Numbered from the stretch's first letter, positions 11,310 to 25,699 are shown. The stretch is 64,000 nt of DNA from Epiperipatus broadwayi (GCA_028023455.1 JAQFVV010000002.1:33418001-33482000); one strand, 5' to 3'. Made by a program: numbers and translations. Notes: generated by a model not told the origin, from the sequence alone.

Positions 11310-13930
11310 TGTGTGTGTATCATCATAATCATTTTCAACCAATGCAAGATTGACTCCAAGTTTATTCCAGTTTGTCAGATCTCTAGTCTTTCTTCTTCAC
11401 ATAATATCAACAAATTTCCTTATTTCACATGTGCCTAAAATGTAGCCTCTTTCTATGCCTTTTACATGTCCAGTTTAAGACATCAACTGGGTGTTTTATT
11501 ATCTCATCTAGTAATATGTCCACCCAACTCCATTTCAGTTTTTTATTTTTTTTCAATAACGACAGTAACACCTGTTATCACCTCACCCACACATTTCACT
11601 TTCTATCTCTTTTTGTTACTCCTAACATACACCTCTCTATAACTCACTCAGTGGTCTGAAATCCTTGAACTGAAGTGTCCAAATCTCATAACTGGAAAAC
11701 AGAATTATTTGCAGACATATTTGCATTTAATATTAAATTATTTCTACCAAAAAGAACTCCCAATTTAATTCTATGATTAATCTCATGCTATCTTTCCATC
11801 ACTAAAGTATCTGTAGCTGTTAACTTTTTCTAATTCAACATTATCAACCTTTACTTTCTTCCTTAGAGAAAATCCATTGAACAATAATTTAGTCATTTTA
11901 GCATGTCCTACAATAATATTTGCAACCTTTCATGAAGCTCTGAAGCATTACTTGGAAATCAATCACATTATCTGTAAACTCTAGATGATTTTAATAATGT
12001 CTTACCCCTTTACCTTCCCATTTTAATTCACAAAGAAATTTCTGTAAAACTACTGTAAAAAAGTCTGGAGACATGGATCTATCCAGGCAGACATGCTTCT
12101 CAATATTAATCTTCTTAATATCACTATGAAATCTAACCATTCCTGTTGGATGTTGATAATATCTCAGTTCTATATCTTGATGATCCAATGCTTTAATCAC
12201 TACAGAAATTTTTATAGAATCAAATGCCTTTTCATAATTTAAAAATCCAAAACACAATGGCATCTCATGTTGATTAGTTTTTACCATAACTTCTCTCAAT
12301 ATATGGATATGATCTTCTGCACTAAAGCTACTTTTAAATCCAGCTGGTTCTTTTGGTCAGTTAAATTTCAAAGTTCATTGTAGATAAGTTGTAATTATCT
12401 TGTAAAAATTTTGTATAGAACTGATAAAAGGATTTGTAGGTCTATTATATCTAATATCCTCTTTATCACCTTCTTTAAATATCAACATTACTATTGCATT
12501 CTTCCAATCATGTGGTACATCCAGACATAGGGGAACCACTTATTCCAAGATTTTTCTACTTTCTCACCTGCTTCATTTAAGATATCGATTATAATTCTAT
12601 CATTTTCTAAAGCTTTTCCCTTTGTCTTAGATTTAATCACACATACCATCTTTATTATAAATGCTGGTCAATTCAGAAGTTGCAGTAATTGTAAAAGATG
12701 CTTTGTTTCATTGTTCTTTATTACTATATAATTCTTTATAGAACTCTTCCACATGCTTCAGGACGTTATTTCTCTTTTTAATATTAGTTCCATCTTTCCT
12801 TCTTAATGCAGAAATGCTTCATACCAGTATCAAGATGTTGTTATTCACTTATAGCTTTCCTTGATAGTTCATAATTATATTTTCTTGTATCATTATTAAT
12901 TCTTTTTTGTATCATTGTATTAAACTCTACATATTCAATTCTATTGAATGGATCACTTTTATATATTTTCATATTCCTTCTTTTTTTCATACATTGTTAT
13001 ATGTCTGAAGAAAATTTATTAGCAAATTGCTTCAATTTTACACCAGCTATCTTTGTTCCAATTCTTAATAATTTATTACTTATCTTCCTATTGATTTATT
13101 CAAATATGAACCATCTTCAAAATTTGTTAATATTTCCAAACAATTTGTAAGTTCAAATTTAAATTCCCTTGAACATTTTTGAAGGTTAAGAATATCAACT
13201 GTGAAAACTGTTTTACTTTATAATTTTTGTCTCTCTAGTTTTACATTAACATGTAACTTACATCTCAATAATCGATGATCACTTCCTGTATTGAATTTAT
13301 TAAGAACATTGCAATCATGAAATATGTATTTTCTGTTAGTCAAAATATAATCCAATTCTGCTGTACCTTCATTAGGATACTCCTATAATCATTTCTATTT
13401 AGTATTTTTCTCAAAGAAGGAGCATAATATACAATTTCTCTTTTTCAACGAATTGGACAAGTCTGTGTCCTCTCCCATTTCTATCAGCAGCACTTTCATC
13501 TTTCAATAGTTGACCAATTATAGTATTAAAATCTTCCATGATAATTTTTAAAATGTTGTTTGGTCTGATCAAAAGCATTTTGTATATCTACATAAAAATC
13601 CTCTACTTTTTTATCGCAATGAGAACTTGTTGGGGCATAAACCTGAATTATCTGCACTTTCTATTTTCTATTAAACTTGTCAATCTATCTAATACATCAT
13701 CTATCTGCACAATGTTGTTTTTTCATTTTTATTTATAATAAATCCCATTCCATTTAAATTTATAATATTTGTGTCTTTGTAGTGAAGAACTATTTTTTAA
13801 ATCAACCGTATCTTCACCTTTTCTTCTAAGTTCACAAAGTCATTCAATGTCTCATTTAATATTAAACAGTTCTTCCAATTTAGGTTGTCATCAAATGGGA
13901 TTCTTAGCATTCCCTACCTTCAGCCGCTAA
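11310..13930 (-). mobile_element. Degenerate RTE-clade LINE (AP endonuclease + reverse transcriptase remnants)
   Basis: Endonuclease motif NKFNTGSDHRLLR near 13270-13320. RT motif F.NYEKAFDS in ORF 11991-12299. KWSWVGHI near 11510-11540. Many stops and frameshifts. Confidence 0.85.
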
Positions 13931-14154
13931 CCACAACTGTGAAAGGCCATAATTTAGTTGTCTGTCATGATTGTAAATATCTATTTAAAAAATAAATAGT
14001 TCATTTATACATACATTGTTCAATTCCTTTAATATCTCAAAAAGAAACCAAAGTATCCCCTTTCAGTTAACGGCAAACTTTTTCTAAATATTTATTAAAA
14101 CGATTTTAACAGAAAAAATATTGACAAAATTGATAGTACCATCATCCATATTGT

Positions 14155-14670
14155 TTGTCTGAAAGTCTGTGATGATATTTTAACTGTAATTATATGTTGA
14201 ACTATTTACATTTAATAGTAATTGTTAAATATCTTTAGAAAATTCAAACTTTATTTAACCTTTTCAAATACATTCAACTGGAAACAGCACATAGGTTAGT
14301 ATGTAATACAATATTTCTCTCCTGTTCAGATATTGCTGGTTTTCCAATGACAGTATTAGCATGGGATCTTTAGATTCGTGAATATTGAATTTAAGATAAT
14401 ATTCTAACCAATTAGTCTTTGAACAAAATAGCCTAATTGCTAGGAACATCGCATTAAATTCAATATTCACAAATCTAAAGGACTCTATTTGATTCCTATG
14501 CTAGTATTCTCACTGGACAGACCAGCAATATCTGAAGAGACTAATGCTACTATTAAGAGTTGGATGTATTTGAAAAGTTTAAAGAAAGTCTAATTTTTTC
14601 TAAAAACATTTACTATTATTAATGATGAAAACAGTCCAACATATAATTACTACAACATCCATATGATTTG
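14155..14670. mobile_element. HHR-4 family head-to-head inverted pair (older, deleted)
   Basis: Both arms match the 16177 and 25288 copies (aaattcaatattc..aatctaaagg, cagaccagcaa, gatgaaaacagtccaacatat) in opposite orientations. Confidence 0.7.
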
Positions 14671-16104
14671 CAAGGATAAATGTTCCATGACCAAATATTA
14701 TAGAGGGAAAAAGCAAAACGGGGTTTATAAATAGAATTTACTCAATATGTTCACCATTGCTATAAAAATAAATTTCAACATTTTGGTTAATGATATCAGA
14801 AATAATGGGATTAAGAAAATGTGACGGACACTATTTTAAACTCTTATTAAAATAGATTCCAGTTCCAATAAACAGATGGTGTATCATCAGTTCATCTCAA
14901 ATGTCCCAGTTTTTTTTAAATCCTTGCGACCAATGTGCTAACACTAGTCGGAATATTATCTATTAAATTTTGAATTAGCTTCTCCGTGACTTAACTTTTT
15001 ATCAGTAGAATTATAGAGATATTCTCATTCTATGGTACTAATAATTTTTATAAGGAAGTTATTAGTTTTCATTATTTTAAAAAAAATAAAAGGATAAATA
15101 TGAATTATGTAACTTGGTTATATATTAAATGTTAATTACTATGTTACGGCAACTTGTTTTACAAAGAATCGGAGTTTCTATATGAACTTGCTTTTAGTTA
15201 TATAGTTAAAATCGAATTAAGTTTGTTAATTCAATTTTAACGCATATTTCTAGAAAATTCTTTGCCACTGCGGTACGTCCAACATATCCACTTTGTCAAA
15301 ATCCACAGATTCAGCAATTCACAAATTGGAAAAAAATGTCATAAATTTATGTCTATTGTAATTGTTTGAATAAGCAACCACCATTTTGCTGTCTGAACCA
15401 CTTTCTCAGTCAAGTTATTGTGAATACAGTGAAAACATTGCATTCATTATTTCTCTGAAATGAATTACGAAATTAAAAACTTGTTTAAAATAGTTCCAAA
15501 GTGGAAAATTTTGCATGTGTATGATATGAGAGAAAGAATCTTGACAGCAAACAGTAAAATATTATTCAAAAAAACTGACATAGAGTCATTTACAACAAAT
15601 AAAAGATAATTGTATAGATTTAAAAATTATCCCACGTGATTCAGTGTAATGAGTGAGTATTCTCAGACTGATTCGCACTCCAGCGTTCAAACTTCTTATG
15701 AACTTCTGAGTAATAAAACGACTCAATTATTTATTTAACTCAAAAATTAATATGAACTTGAAAACATCACAGAAGTATTGCATCTTTTGCATTTTATCAA
15801 TTTTCATCACAATAAAAATAAAGTAGAATTTTTTTTTTGGAAAATAATTGATGCAACATATTAATATACTTCAATTATATATATACCTATGTGTTAATTT
15901 ATCTTCTCTCTCTATCTCATACCTATGTGTTAATTTATCTTCTCTCTATCTTTTTCATAAATGCATTATTTTGCTTTTTGTTTATGCAATCATTGGTTTT
16001 TTTTATATATTCAAATACCTAAACTTTCTAAAATGAAATTTATTCCCACATCATCCAGCATTTATTAAGATTTGACAGTTGCTGTATATAATATACTTTG
16101 CTCT

Positions 16105-17110
16105 TAGAAAAAGGTGGAGAAATCAGGAAGAACCTCATAGATAAGTACATAAAATTTCTACTGACTGTTGCCTTTGGCAGGATGGCTCAGTTGGTTAGAG
16201 CATTATCTTAAAAATTCAATACTCAAGAATCTAAAGGTCCAGGTCGATTCCCATGCATGCTGACACTGGTCAGGTCAGCAACAACTGAAGAAGAGAGGAG
16301 AATAATACCTCCCAAAATGTTGTGCATATACTAACCTGGGTGCTATTAGTAACAGTTGAATATATTTAGAATATTTAAATAAAGTTACATTTTTCTAAAG
16401 ACATTCAACACTCATATTAGATGATGGAAATAGTTCAACATATGAATACAACTGTTGTGTTTGGTCTGGATTACAGACCCAACCAACAGTAAATAATGTA
16501 AAATAATACTGAAACAAGTATTACAATTAATATATTTATTATGTACAAATATATATAATACAATATATACAAGGGAATAATTACAAATGCTGAGTATTGG
16601 AGTTTAACATAAACTCTGAGTTCTGCCTACTGCTTCCACACACCTGATGGCTTGCCTCACGGGTAGGGTGTGTAGCTCTTCCAGCTGTACAAGACAGCTT
16701 GCCTCGAGCCGAGAGTGATCTTAGCAGCGTCCGGTCTCTGTGGGACTTGCCTAGCTGCGTAGATCTAAATAGCGTAGTGCTATCAAAGGGAATACTTGCT
16801 GCTGTTTAGGTTAGCAGTTTCCCTGGGAGAACGCAAAGAGTCTGTTCAGGTTAGACACGCTCTTCCTTGATTCTCACAAAAGGCTGACCATTTATACCCA
16901 GATCCCTGACCTTATTGAAAACCTTCAGATTCAGCAAACATCATTGCTTATTGGCCTGTAATAATCATTGGCTATGTTGTTATCTATACATTAGCCTATT
17001 GGCCTGTGCAATGCTTAATCCGATCAGATAAGGAGGCATCTGGAATAGTCTACTTCTGAGAGAAGGGAGGACTATAACAACAACTAAAACACCATCATCA
17101 CAAACCTTCA
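16105..17110 (+). mobile_element. HHR-4 family copy interrupted by a solo LTR
   Basis: tRNA-like head GGCAGGATGGCTCAGTTGGTTAGAGC...GGTCGATTCCC and HHR-like motif at about 16283-16323. The element resumes at 17085 (taaaacaccatcatcacaaacc), as in the uninterrupted copy at 29110-29170. Confidence 0.8.
16453..17079 (-). mobile_element. Solo LTR (627 bp)
   Basis: TG...CA termini (TGTTGTG / TATAACA) and 5-bp TSD ACAAC (16448-16452, 17080-17084). The minus strand has three CCAAT boxes, then GGGTATAAAT, then AATAAA. A 5-bp TSD fits BEL/Pao or Copia; the superfamily is not determinable. Confidence 0.85.
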
Positions 17111-17889
17111 GGAAACCACTTCACACTTATATGTGTATCATCAGAATTAAAAATAAACTGCTCAATTATAGAAAGCAAAATAATAAAAATCATGTGATTT
17201 ACTTGACTGAAAATCACAGGACATTATCGATGTGAAATTTTCAATTTTTTTTTTTTATCTCATCTCAACTTCACCATATCACAATCATCCATCAGCACTA
17301 AAATTCAGAATGGCCTCATTCTGTGCTGGTGGATAGTTACAAGAGCTGAGAGAGAAACTGCGAAAAATTAAAAAGCAATGGATATTTCATACTCCCACAA
17401 GATATTAAAAGCAGATACAAACCAGTCTCTATCATGCAAGCATGAAGTGATGAAAAGTGTAAAGCTGTCAATATAGGCATGGAGATGTAGATGTCTGGCA
17501 CCTTTAGATCACTCAATGGGTGAACGTTGTTTGAAAAATGCAGGCATAATGGGAGACTGGTTCGAGTATTTTCACTGAAAGATGGTAGTGATATGACGAA
17601 GCGAAGACAATGAAAGGGGCACCGATAACCAAAAAAAATTTGAAAAGAAAACAGAAATAACTCGGCACAACAATTCTAGAATGAAAGCATCCAATTTGAA
17701 CAATGTAATGACTGATTAACTATTCTTGGAGATATGTGAACATATTAACCACTAAGGAAATAGTTATATGTAAAAATTAATTAATTAACAATAGTAACCC
17801 AGTATGAAATCACTTGTACTGTTTAAAATTATAATGATATAGAACACATACAAAAAAATAAATATTATATTTATGATTTAATATATATA

Positions 17890-18170
17890 TATTATATTTC
17901 TGTAGTGTAATTTTCACTGTACTACTCTCATGCAAAGTAAGGACTGGTTTTCATCCACTTTTAACACCTTGTGGGGGGGGGAGTGTAATCATTAACATAT
18001 GATCAAAGATATATGATAACAAGATACACATTTCATGCTGAACCAGCACTCATCAGTTGACCCAGATAGCCATTCATCACAATTTAGTTGGTTTGGGTCA
18101 AAATTACACAACAGAAATATTATTAAGTGGATAATCCTCTAGTCTAATGAATCATTAATAAAAAATATTA
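17890..18170 (-). mobile_element. HHR-3 family copy with hammerhead at 18020-18059 and a short inverted arm
   Basis: Sense reads CAA-CTGATGA-GTGCTG-gtt-CAGCAT-GAAA-TGTGTATC-TTG. The segment aaaattacac..cagaaatat is present in both orientations. Confidence 0.8.
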
Positions 18171-18349
18171 ATATATATATGATAGTTTTACAAAACCCAA
18201 CATCATGAATAAAAACTCATTCTATAGTGTTGATACAAGTAGCAATGAACAACCAAAACACTATATTTCAAAGTTTTGTAATAAGATAAACATTAATAAT
18301 ACCAACAACTAAAGGTAAAAGTATATACATTTAATAATGCCTGTATATG

Positions 18350-21300
18350 CTTGAATCGTAGAGAAAGGTAAAACAGTAACATGAAGGACGGTTGTTAACT
18401 GTGACTTGTCTCAACGATATAATATTAAATAAAAGCTTCAAAAATGTGAAGAAAAAAAATAGGAATTTATCAGTCACCGTTTTACATAGTCAAGTGACGG
18501 TTGAATATATGGCAACGGTGGAGAAATTCTATCTGCCATCTGGAATCTCTAAGTTCCCTTATTGTTAATAGTTAAGCTGTCAAAAAAAAAAAAAAACCCA
18601 TATAGTAAATAAATAGAATGGCAGAAAACTTTCCACAAAACTTAAATTTCTACAGGGTCCATTGTTAATATTGGAATTTAAAATCTTTCCGTTTTCTTAA
18701 ATTAATTATATGAATTGCTGCTTAAAAGATCGTGTTATGTTTGAGCACTTCCTGTTGCCAGCACGATTTAGTATAAGTTTCATTTACATAATTTTTTTTA
18801 AAAATTATTACACTAAGAATCAAGCCAGGGATTTTTACTCTTGAAACCACTACTTCACAATTGCGCTAAACTTTAGAGGGCAATCTTTCTTCCAGACTGA
18901 TGGCAATAATAGTTTAAAAAATAAACAATTCTAAACAATTACAATGGTAAACAGGGAAAATAAAAAATATTTTATAAAACAAAACCGCTTTCATTTAATT
19001 TGATGAATAATGCATTAAAAATCAAAAATTATCTTCACGCTGTAACAGTCAAAACACGTGTATCTCGTTAGCATATTGCAGAATTCGACCACCACACAGA
19101 ACAGCAGCACCATCGAGTAGCGAAGCCACCGGTAATACTGAGTTCGAACATAGTTTATCGGTTCCACAATACAATCTACGGAATAACGCCTCTGATGCGA
19201 CATAAGTAAACACTTCTTTAGGCACGGTGGTCAGGGAGATGCACGAGATTCATGGGTTTTGTTTCCGAGTTGGCCAACAATCAAACGAATATTAATTAAT
19301 ATATATAATCGAGGAAATGTCTATAATGGGCATCGAATAAATGAAAACTTAACTACAGACGTATATTTAGAATTATTTATTTACGTATTTAATAAAAGAA
19401 AACATTATTAATGTTATTAATCATATTTTAAATTCAAAGTCTCAACAGCTAATTGGTAATATTATATATATAAAAATACATTTATTTATAAGGAGCATTT
19501 ATTTATATGAAGGCGTAATCTAGCTACCTAGGGTTCTCGAGTGAGTATTTCTAATGCGTGCTGTAAGGAATTTATACTTTGCACTGCAAGAGTCATCAGT
19601 AACGGCGGACATACATTTATTTAATAAAATATTTATTTTACGACAAAGGGCAAACATTTATTTGAGAGTATATGACGAAGATAATGCCGAGGCGGAGTGA
19701 TAGAGAGAATAATAAACTAAATAAAAGAACACGTGGTACGCTTTAGAAGGGCGATGTAAAATGGCAGCGCTGAAACTGCAATGCCGTGAATAAGTTATAA
19801 GGGTTTCGGGTTGGTCTCTGCCGCGACCCGAAGAGGTAAGGTGTCACATGAGCATAACCAGGGACAAGCGGTCCGTGTCGCAATTTGCCAGCTGGCTGCG
19901 TGACAGTCGTCAAGCCCTACGGGAACATTATCATGTCCGCTTGTGTAGGACGACTGGGGTTAATTCAACCCTAGAGAATCCGGAGTATTCACGGCGTGGA
20001 ATGAGCCATCGGGGCTTCAAAACGTAACACATGTATAATATCTAAAAGATTGTGGTAATATTTAACTAGATTTCAAACTCGGCCCAACATTATCACCGTT
20101 GACTGAAAGAAAATTGGTGACTCTCAAAGAAATGAAATTTACATAATTATTCATTAACATTTAATAATAAAAAAAAATATCTAAAAAGGGAATTATTACA
20201 GCGAGTATGCCAGCTATTACGGAGTAGTAGACCCTGCATTACAATAACTGATTCTTTGAATGCGTGTCGATTTAGATGAAATTTAAGTTATTTATAAAAG
20301 CAAATATTAATGATAATTCGACACGCATTCACCGTTCAAGCGATTATGGATTTAGCTTTAAAACTAAGATAATTATGAGAAGGTAATATTTCAATGATAA
20401 TTATAAATGAAATGTAGATTTAAGAAATACACACCTAAGAAGTGATAGAGGGAGGGTAAGCTAGATTATGCGAGAAATTTACAGATTACATGAATTCTCA
20501 AATGTTAGTTTCTCAAAATTACAATTTTAACATTTAGAAGTTATACAAATAATAGGAGATGAGCTATAGCTCATTATTACTAGAGTACTCTATAATTTGG
20601 AATACACACACAGGTACCTGTTTTATAAGATGTTTTCGTCCATTGGTTTAATAGCAGATTGTTCGTAATTAGAAGTTTTCTTTCTTGTCCTGGGCATGTT
20701 GTTTTATTGATTTCTAACAGCAGCGGCTTTCTTGTTTATTTCAGGCAGCAGATCATTTTGGTGTTTTTACGATGGGCAAGGTGAAGCTCGGCATAGTGGG
20801 CCATCTCCCGATGGAGAATAATTTCGGTGCTTACTCGGTCATACCTCGCAGTATTAATTTATTTAAGATATTTTAGACGCTCCACTCGAGAGCAAAGATA
20901 AAATTCAAGTCCAAGTCTCCAGCAAGTCTAAGATGGCCTCCCTTTTTTTTATCTTGATCTCTAAGTTTTTTGTTGAGATATTTTTAGGTTTTTACTTATC
21001 TTGCCCTCAGGATAATCAATGCTCTGCTGGTTTTAATTAAAAAAATTTGCTGTGCTATTGTTTGTTTTTCTTTACATTCGCTAATTACATTCTTTTGGAA
21101 TTTTGCTATAATTAATTTATTTTCTATCACTAACCAATGCTTTTAAATTTTCAAAGACAAAAGGGAATAAATTTATTTTAACTTTAATTAACTATTGCAT
21201 CAGATTTTGTTAGACTTATTATTTAACGAAATTTAAACTAAACAACAAATACGAACTTTATAAAATTCAAAATAAATGATTATTATTACACAAAATTTAT

Positions 21301-21600
21301 TTAACTAAAAGGAATCTAAATTATATTATTTTATCCGTATTTATTGCGCTTAATTTGAGATCGAAATGTGTGCGTGTTTATGTTGAATTTTACATATATT
21401 TATACATTTTTAATATTGTTACACACACAATTCGATACCAAAAAGTTTAAATTTGGGTGGGATAGACCGGTCAGTGAGAGACGACAGAAAAAGGTGAAAC
21501 TTGAGATTCGAATACGAATCTCACTGTTTCAACGCGCAATATTGGTTATTATATTTGACTTAAAGTAAAAGCGTGAGGTATTCAGAAATTAATTTAAACA
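18350..21600. other. CpG-rich island within an otherwise CpG-poor intron (identity unresolved)
   Basis: By eye about 15 CpG in 19030-19270, versus about 2 in 7100-7900. No long ORF. Confidence 0.5.
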
Positions 21601-23116
21601 CTAGTTTTAAAAAAAATTTTGATTCTTAATGCATTACACATCACATTAAATACCAGCACTTTTTATAAAATATCTTTTGCATTATTTTTTACTTTTCAAT
21701 ATTTGGATATTCATTACAATATAACAAATGAAATTCGCGCCTAAAAAACCATTTCAAGATTTTTATGTAGTTTCAAAAAACAAATTTTAGTTAAACAATA
21801 AAAAGAAATTAGAGTTTCATCTGTCACGTTTTTATTTCTTTCTAATTAATTGTAAATGCTTTTTACTGAATTAGTCATGAAATTCAGCATACTTTTAGAA
21901 ATTATACTGCCATCTATTGCACATCACTGAAAACTTACTGAACTAATATCAATGCAGTTGATATTCAACCCATAACACTATTAGATTACTGAAATTATAT
22001 TGCATTGTCATCAACATCTAACGTATGTACAAAGTTTTAAAAAATCTATCTGATAGAAGTATATTAAAAATCGGTGACAAGATTTGACTTAAACAGATTG
22101 AATTTCTAAATTAAAGTGTTTAAAAAGAGTATTCTGTACTTGCTGTTTTAAGAAGAGTAATAATTAAAAAAACAATAATAAAATTAATTTAAAATACAAA
22201 TTATGTTCATTGTTTACATTACGGATTACATAGAGTTTTGCATTATGAATATGGTTGAATTTTTGATAATAAACATTGTCGGTTTTAAATTTGTCACAAA
22301 TTTTGTAATCTTTAGACATACTTTCAATATATAAAAGAAGCCAAACATTAGATGACTCATAATCTTTGTTTTTTCAGTTAGAATATTAAGGACGAGTCCA
22401 TATTTGCAAATTTTTTGCTTTTATATTTTATACGCAGTTGATAATCAATAACAGATAAACAGACATGACTTTTTAACAGTTCAACGTTTTCATAAATAAG
22501 TTTTATAATCTGTATGTATATATCATGATTGTGGAATAAAAATGACTGGATATATCGATTCACTATCACTGTTTTTACGTTAATATTTCTTTGGAGAATA
22601 AACATTAACATAGAATTCATAAATGTCCGCTTTTATATTTTATATACAATTGATAGAGTGACACAAATATTCACATATTATATGAATAAACATAGTTTGG
22701 TTTGTTTCGATAACAGTTCAGTTTTTTCTTAAATAATTGTAATACTTTTCTATATTTTTGCTACATCATAAATAAGCTAAAAATGTTTTAAAAATTAAAA
22801 ATGTTTGAAATTGTGAAATTCAGAACATCACAATTTAAACACAAAATAATTTACAAAAAAAAAAAAAGATACTTTTTATTTAATCACTAGTAGATAGTGA
22901 TAATATAGCATTTATAAAATGTATTTTCCAAAGCAAATAGTTTTTAATAATTTCTTAAATCACAGCTAAAAAATATCTAAAAAGATCTTTCATCATATGT
23001 CAATAGTCCAAGGGAAAATCATTCCCTGGACCGTAATTTCTTTCTGTTAATAAATCTTTTTTTTTTTTTTGCAAATTATGATAATAGATTAATTAAAAAA
23101 TAATTTTAAAACTTAC

Positions 23117-23200
23117 CGATTCATTTTTTATAACAGATGACATGCAATGAAAAGTACCCCGGTATAAAGGACAAGTAGGATTTTGAGTTTGCAAACGTAC
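23117..23200 (-). CDS. SLC25A29: Internal coding exon of the same carrier gene (VRLQTQNPTCPLYRGTFHCMSSVIKNES)
   Basis: 84 nt with acceptor tttttttctttaacAG and donor GTAAGT, phase 0 at both ends. It joins in frame to MFGLYKG, giving the typical VRLQ..YRGT.HC..IK.ES|.FGLYKG carrier segment. Confidence 0.9.
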
Positions 23201-25154
23201 CTGTTAAAGAAAAAAAAGTCAAATTATTTCTATGACTACAAAATCATAGCAGTTTGTGTGAAAACTGTGATAAAATAGAAACACAATCTAATCCCTAAGA
23301 TATCTGCATGAGATCATTTTAACAATGAAATTATGTTTATAAATCTGGCACAGACACAAACATAGGTATTGTAAGTAGCATTTTTGAATTTGGTTTTATA
23401 AAAAAAAATTTCATTAAAAGTGATGAGTAATGAATGAAATACAAGATTTTAAAACTTACAAATACAAGTAATATTTACTAAGGCTTTACCTTATTACAAA
23501 TACAAGGAAATATAAATTTAATAAGGAAAACACACATGTTATCTCTTCATCAACAATACGTGAAAAATACAAATGCTATAAAATATATATACATTTTCCA
23601 CTAATTTTCTTATGATTCCAAAACTCTTTCATAGAAATCAACCTTCAATTTTTTTTAACAGTCAAATTTTCAGAATGACAATTCGGAGTTAAAGAAATGT
23701 CATTTCTTTACAATCATATTTATGGACATGAGTTAGGATCACACAGTAACTGAATATACGTAATTTGAATTAAATTTTACAATTTTTTCTGACTATGCTA
23801 TTTTAATATAGATAGATACAATACACATATTGCATATGAGCTATAACTTGCACCCATATAATTATTTTTTTAAACAACTATCTTTTTTTGATTTTATGAA
23901 GATCTTTAAGAAGTGTAATAATTTAAAAACCTGAGGGAGGTCGACTGCATTTTTTAAAAATTTGTAGAAATTAAAAATTCATAATTTTTTTTCATCTTAA
24001 TGAAGTTCAATAGAGTTTATGATAAAATAAACTGCACCAAAAAGGTTACGATAGATCATCATCATCTGTTGGTGCTTAAACTCGGTACTCTATTACTTAA
24101 TTGTTCCAGCTGATAGTGAATTTAACATCCCCAGACATACTTATTCACATGTATACAATCAATGCTTATTAAATCAATAGCATATCTAGAATCTGTTGTC
24201 ATGGCAACCTCTATAGATAAAACATTCCAATTTTTATTCTCGTCTAAGTTCCTTAAGAAAACAAAAACGGCATTCGCAAGACTATAAGATTGGATTTATT
24301 AATTGTGCAGCAGTGCTCTTTACAAGACTTTAGACCAGAGTAACAGCAAGAATTCATTGTTTATCTAAAGAGTGCCTTAACAACAGATTGTGGATATTCT
24401 ATTAAACTTTAGCTGTTATCATGTAAATATTTGGAAACCAGTTTAGGTTCATAGCAATTTATGATTTATACATACTTATATATATAAAAATTTAATTGTT
24501 TTCAAAGATGGAAATAGGAATTCAGATACCACATACCCTCCCCCGAAAAATCTTAATATTATCCTAACGATTACATATTTAACTAAAATTATATTTTTAT
24601 TGGTGTAATATGATATTCTTAAAAAAGCAAAAATTTTGAATAAATAAAAACTGTTATAACGAATTTATTAGATGACAAATAGAAAAAAATTTCATTATAA
24701 AAAGCCGCGGAATGAAAATGAATTCAATTCCATGACTCATCTCAGTTTTACTTACAATTTATTCTTTCGTTAAAAAAAAAAAAAAAAGGTCATTTTGTCT
24801 GCAACAAATTAATATGGACTGCTACTTTTTTAAAAACATCTATTTATGAATAACTTTGGTATTATTTACAAATTTTCCTAATATTCTATTTTTTTCTTTA
24901 TCTCTAAATATACGGTACGCTGTCAATTATTAGGTCCAAAAATGGAACAAGTTTGGGTAATTTTAATTGCTATACTGTCCTCTATTAACAATAATTTCCA
25001 TAATAAAGAACAATTTGAAAAATTTTTTAAAAATTTCTAACAAAGAAAGCATAATTTTTATACTCTATAATATTTGTGGTACTTCTCGAAACAAGTTACT
25101 GGTTAACACTTTTGTTTAAAATTATACCAGCTATTGTTTGCCTAAAAGATTTAT

Positions 25155-25550
25155 GATGATGGTTGGACTATTTCAATCATCTAATATTAAATATTGAATG
25201 TCTAACTTTATTTAAATTTTCAGAAGTACATTCAACTATTAGAAATAGCAAACAGATTAATAGATGCACAACGTTTTTTGCCTTTGGCAGGATGGCTCAG
25301 TTAATTACCTTAAAATTCAATATTCCAAGCATCGAAAGGTCTATAGGTTCGATAGACATGATAGAACTATCTCTGGTCAGGCCAGCAACACCTGAAGAAG
25401 AGGGGAGAATAATACCTCTCGAAATGTTGTGCATATACTAACCTGTGTGCTATCACTAACAGCTGACTGTAATTGAAAATTTGAATAAAGTCAAATTTTT
25501 CTAAAAACAATCAATATCTAATATTAGATAATGGAAATAGTCCAACATAT
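25155..25550. mobile_element. HHR-4 family copy (+) preceded by an inverted 3' half; best-preserved HHR-4 ribozyme motif at 25389-25431
   Basis: CAC-CTGAAGA-A-GAGGGG-agaataata-CCTCTC-GAAA-TGTT-GTG. The inverted arm starts at AAACGTTGTG. Confidence 0.8.
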
Positions 25551-25699
25551 AAACATAATATACCAGCTATATCTAATGATTTCTAAATAATGAAATTAAA
25601 AAAGATAAATACCATATAAAATTGTTTTATATAAATCATTGAAACTAAGATAAAATGTTTCAGTTTCTTACATTATATCCTCTTTATTTAAAATGATAA

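Larger units (their letters stand above)
900..23116 (-). other. 22.2-kb GT-AG intron of the carrier gene
   Basis: Bounded by the donor at 23116 and acceptor at 900; no intervening carrier-like exon is needed for an in-frame join. Confidence 0.85.

Noticed and set aside
19060-20029. Solo LTR explanation for the CpG island core
   Set aside because: It ends in CGTAACA, but the terminal inverted repeat is poor and the best TSD candidate (cacg/catg) is mismatched.
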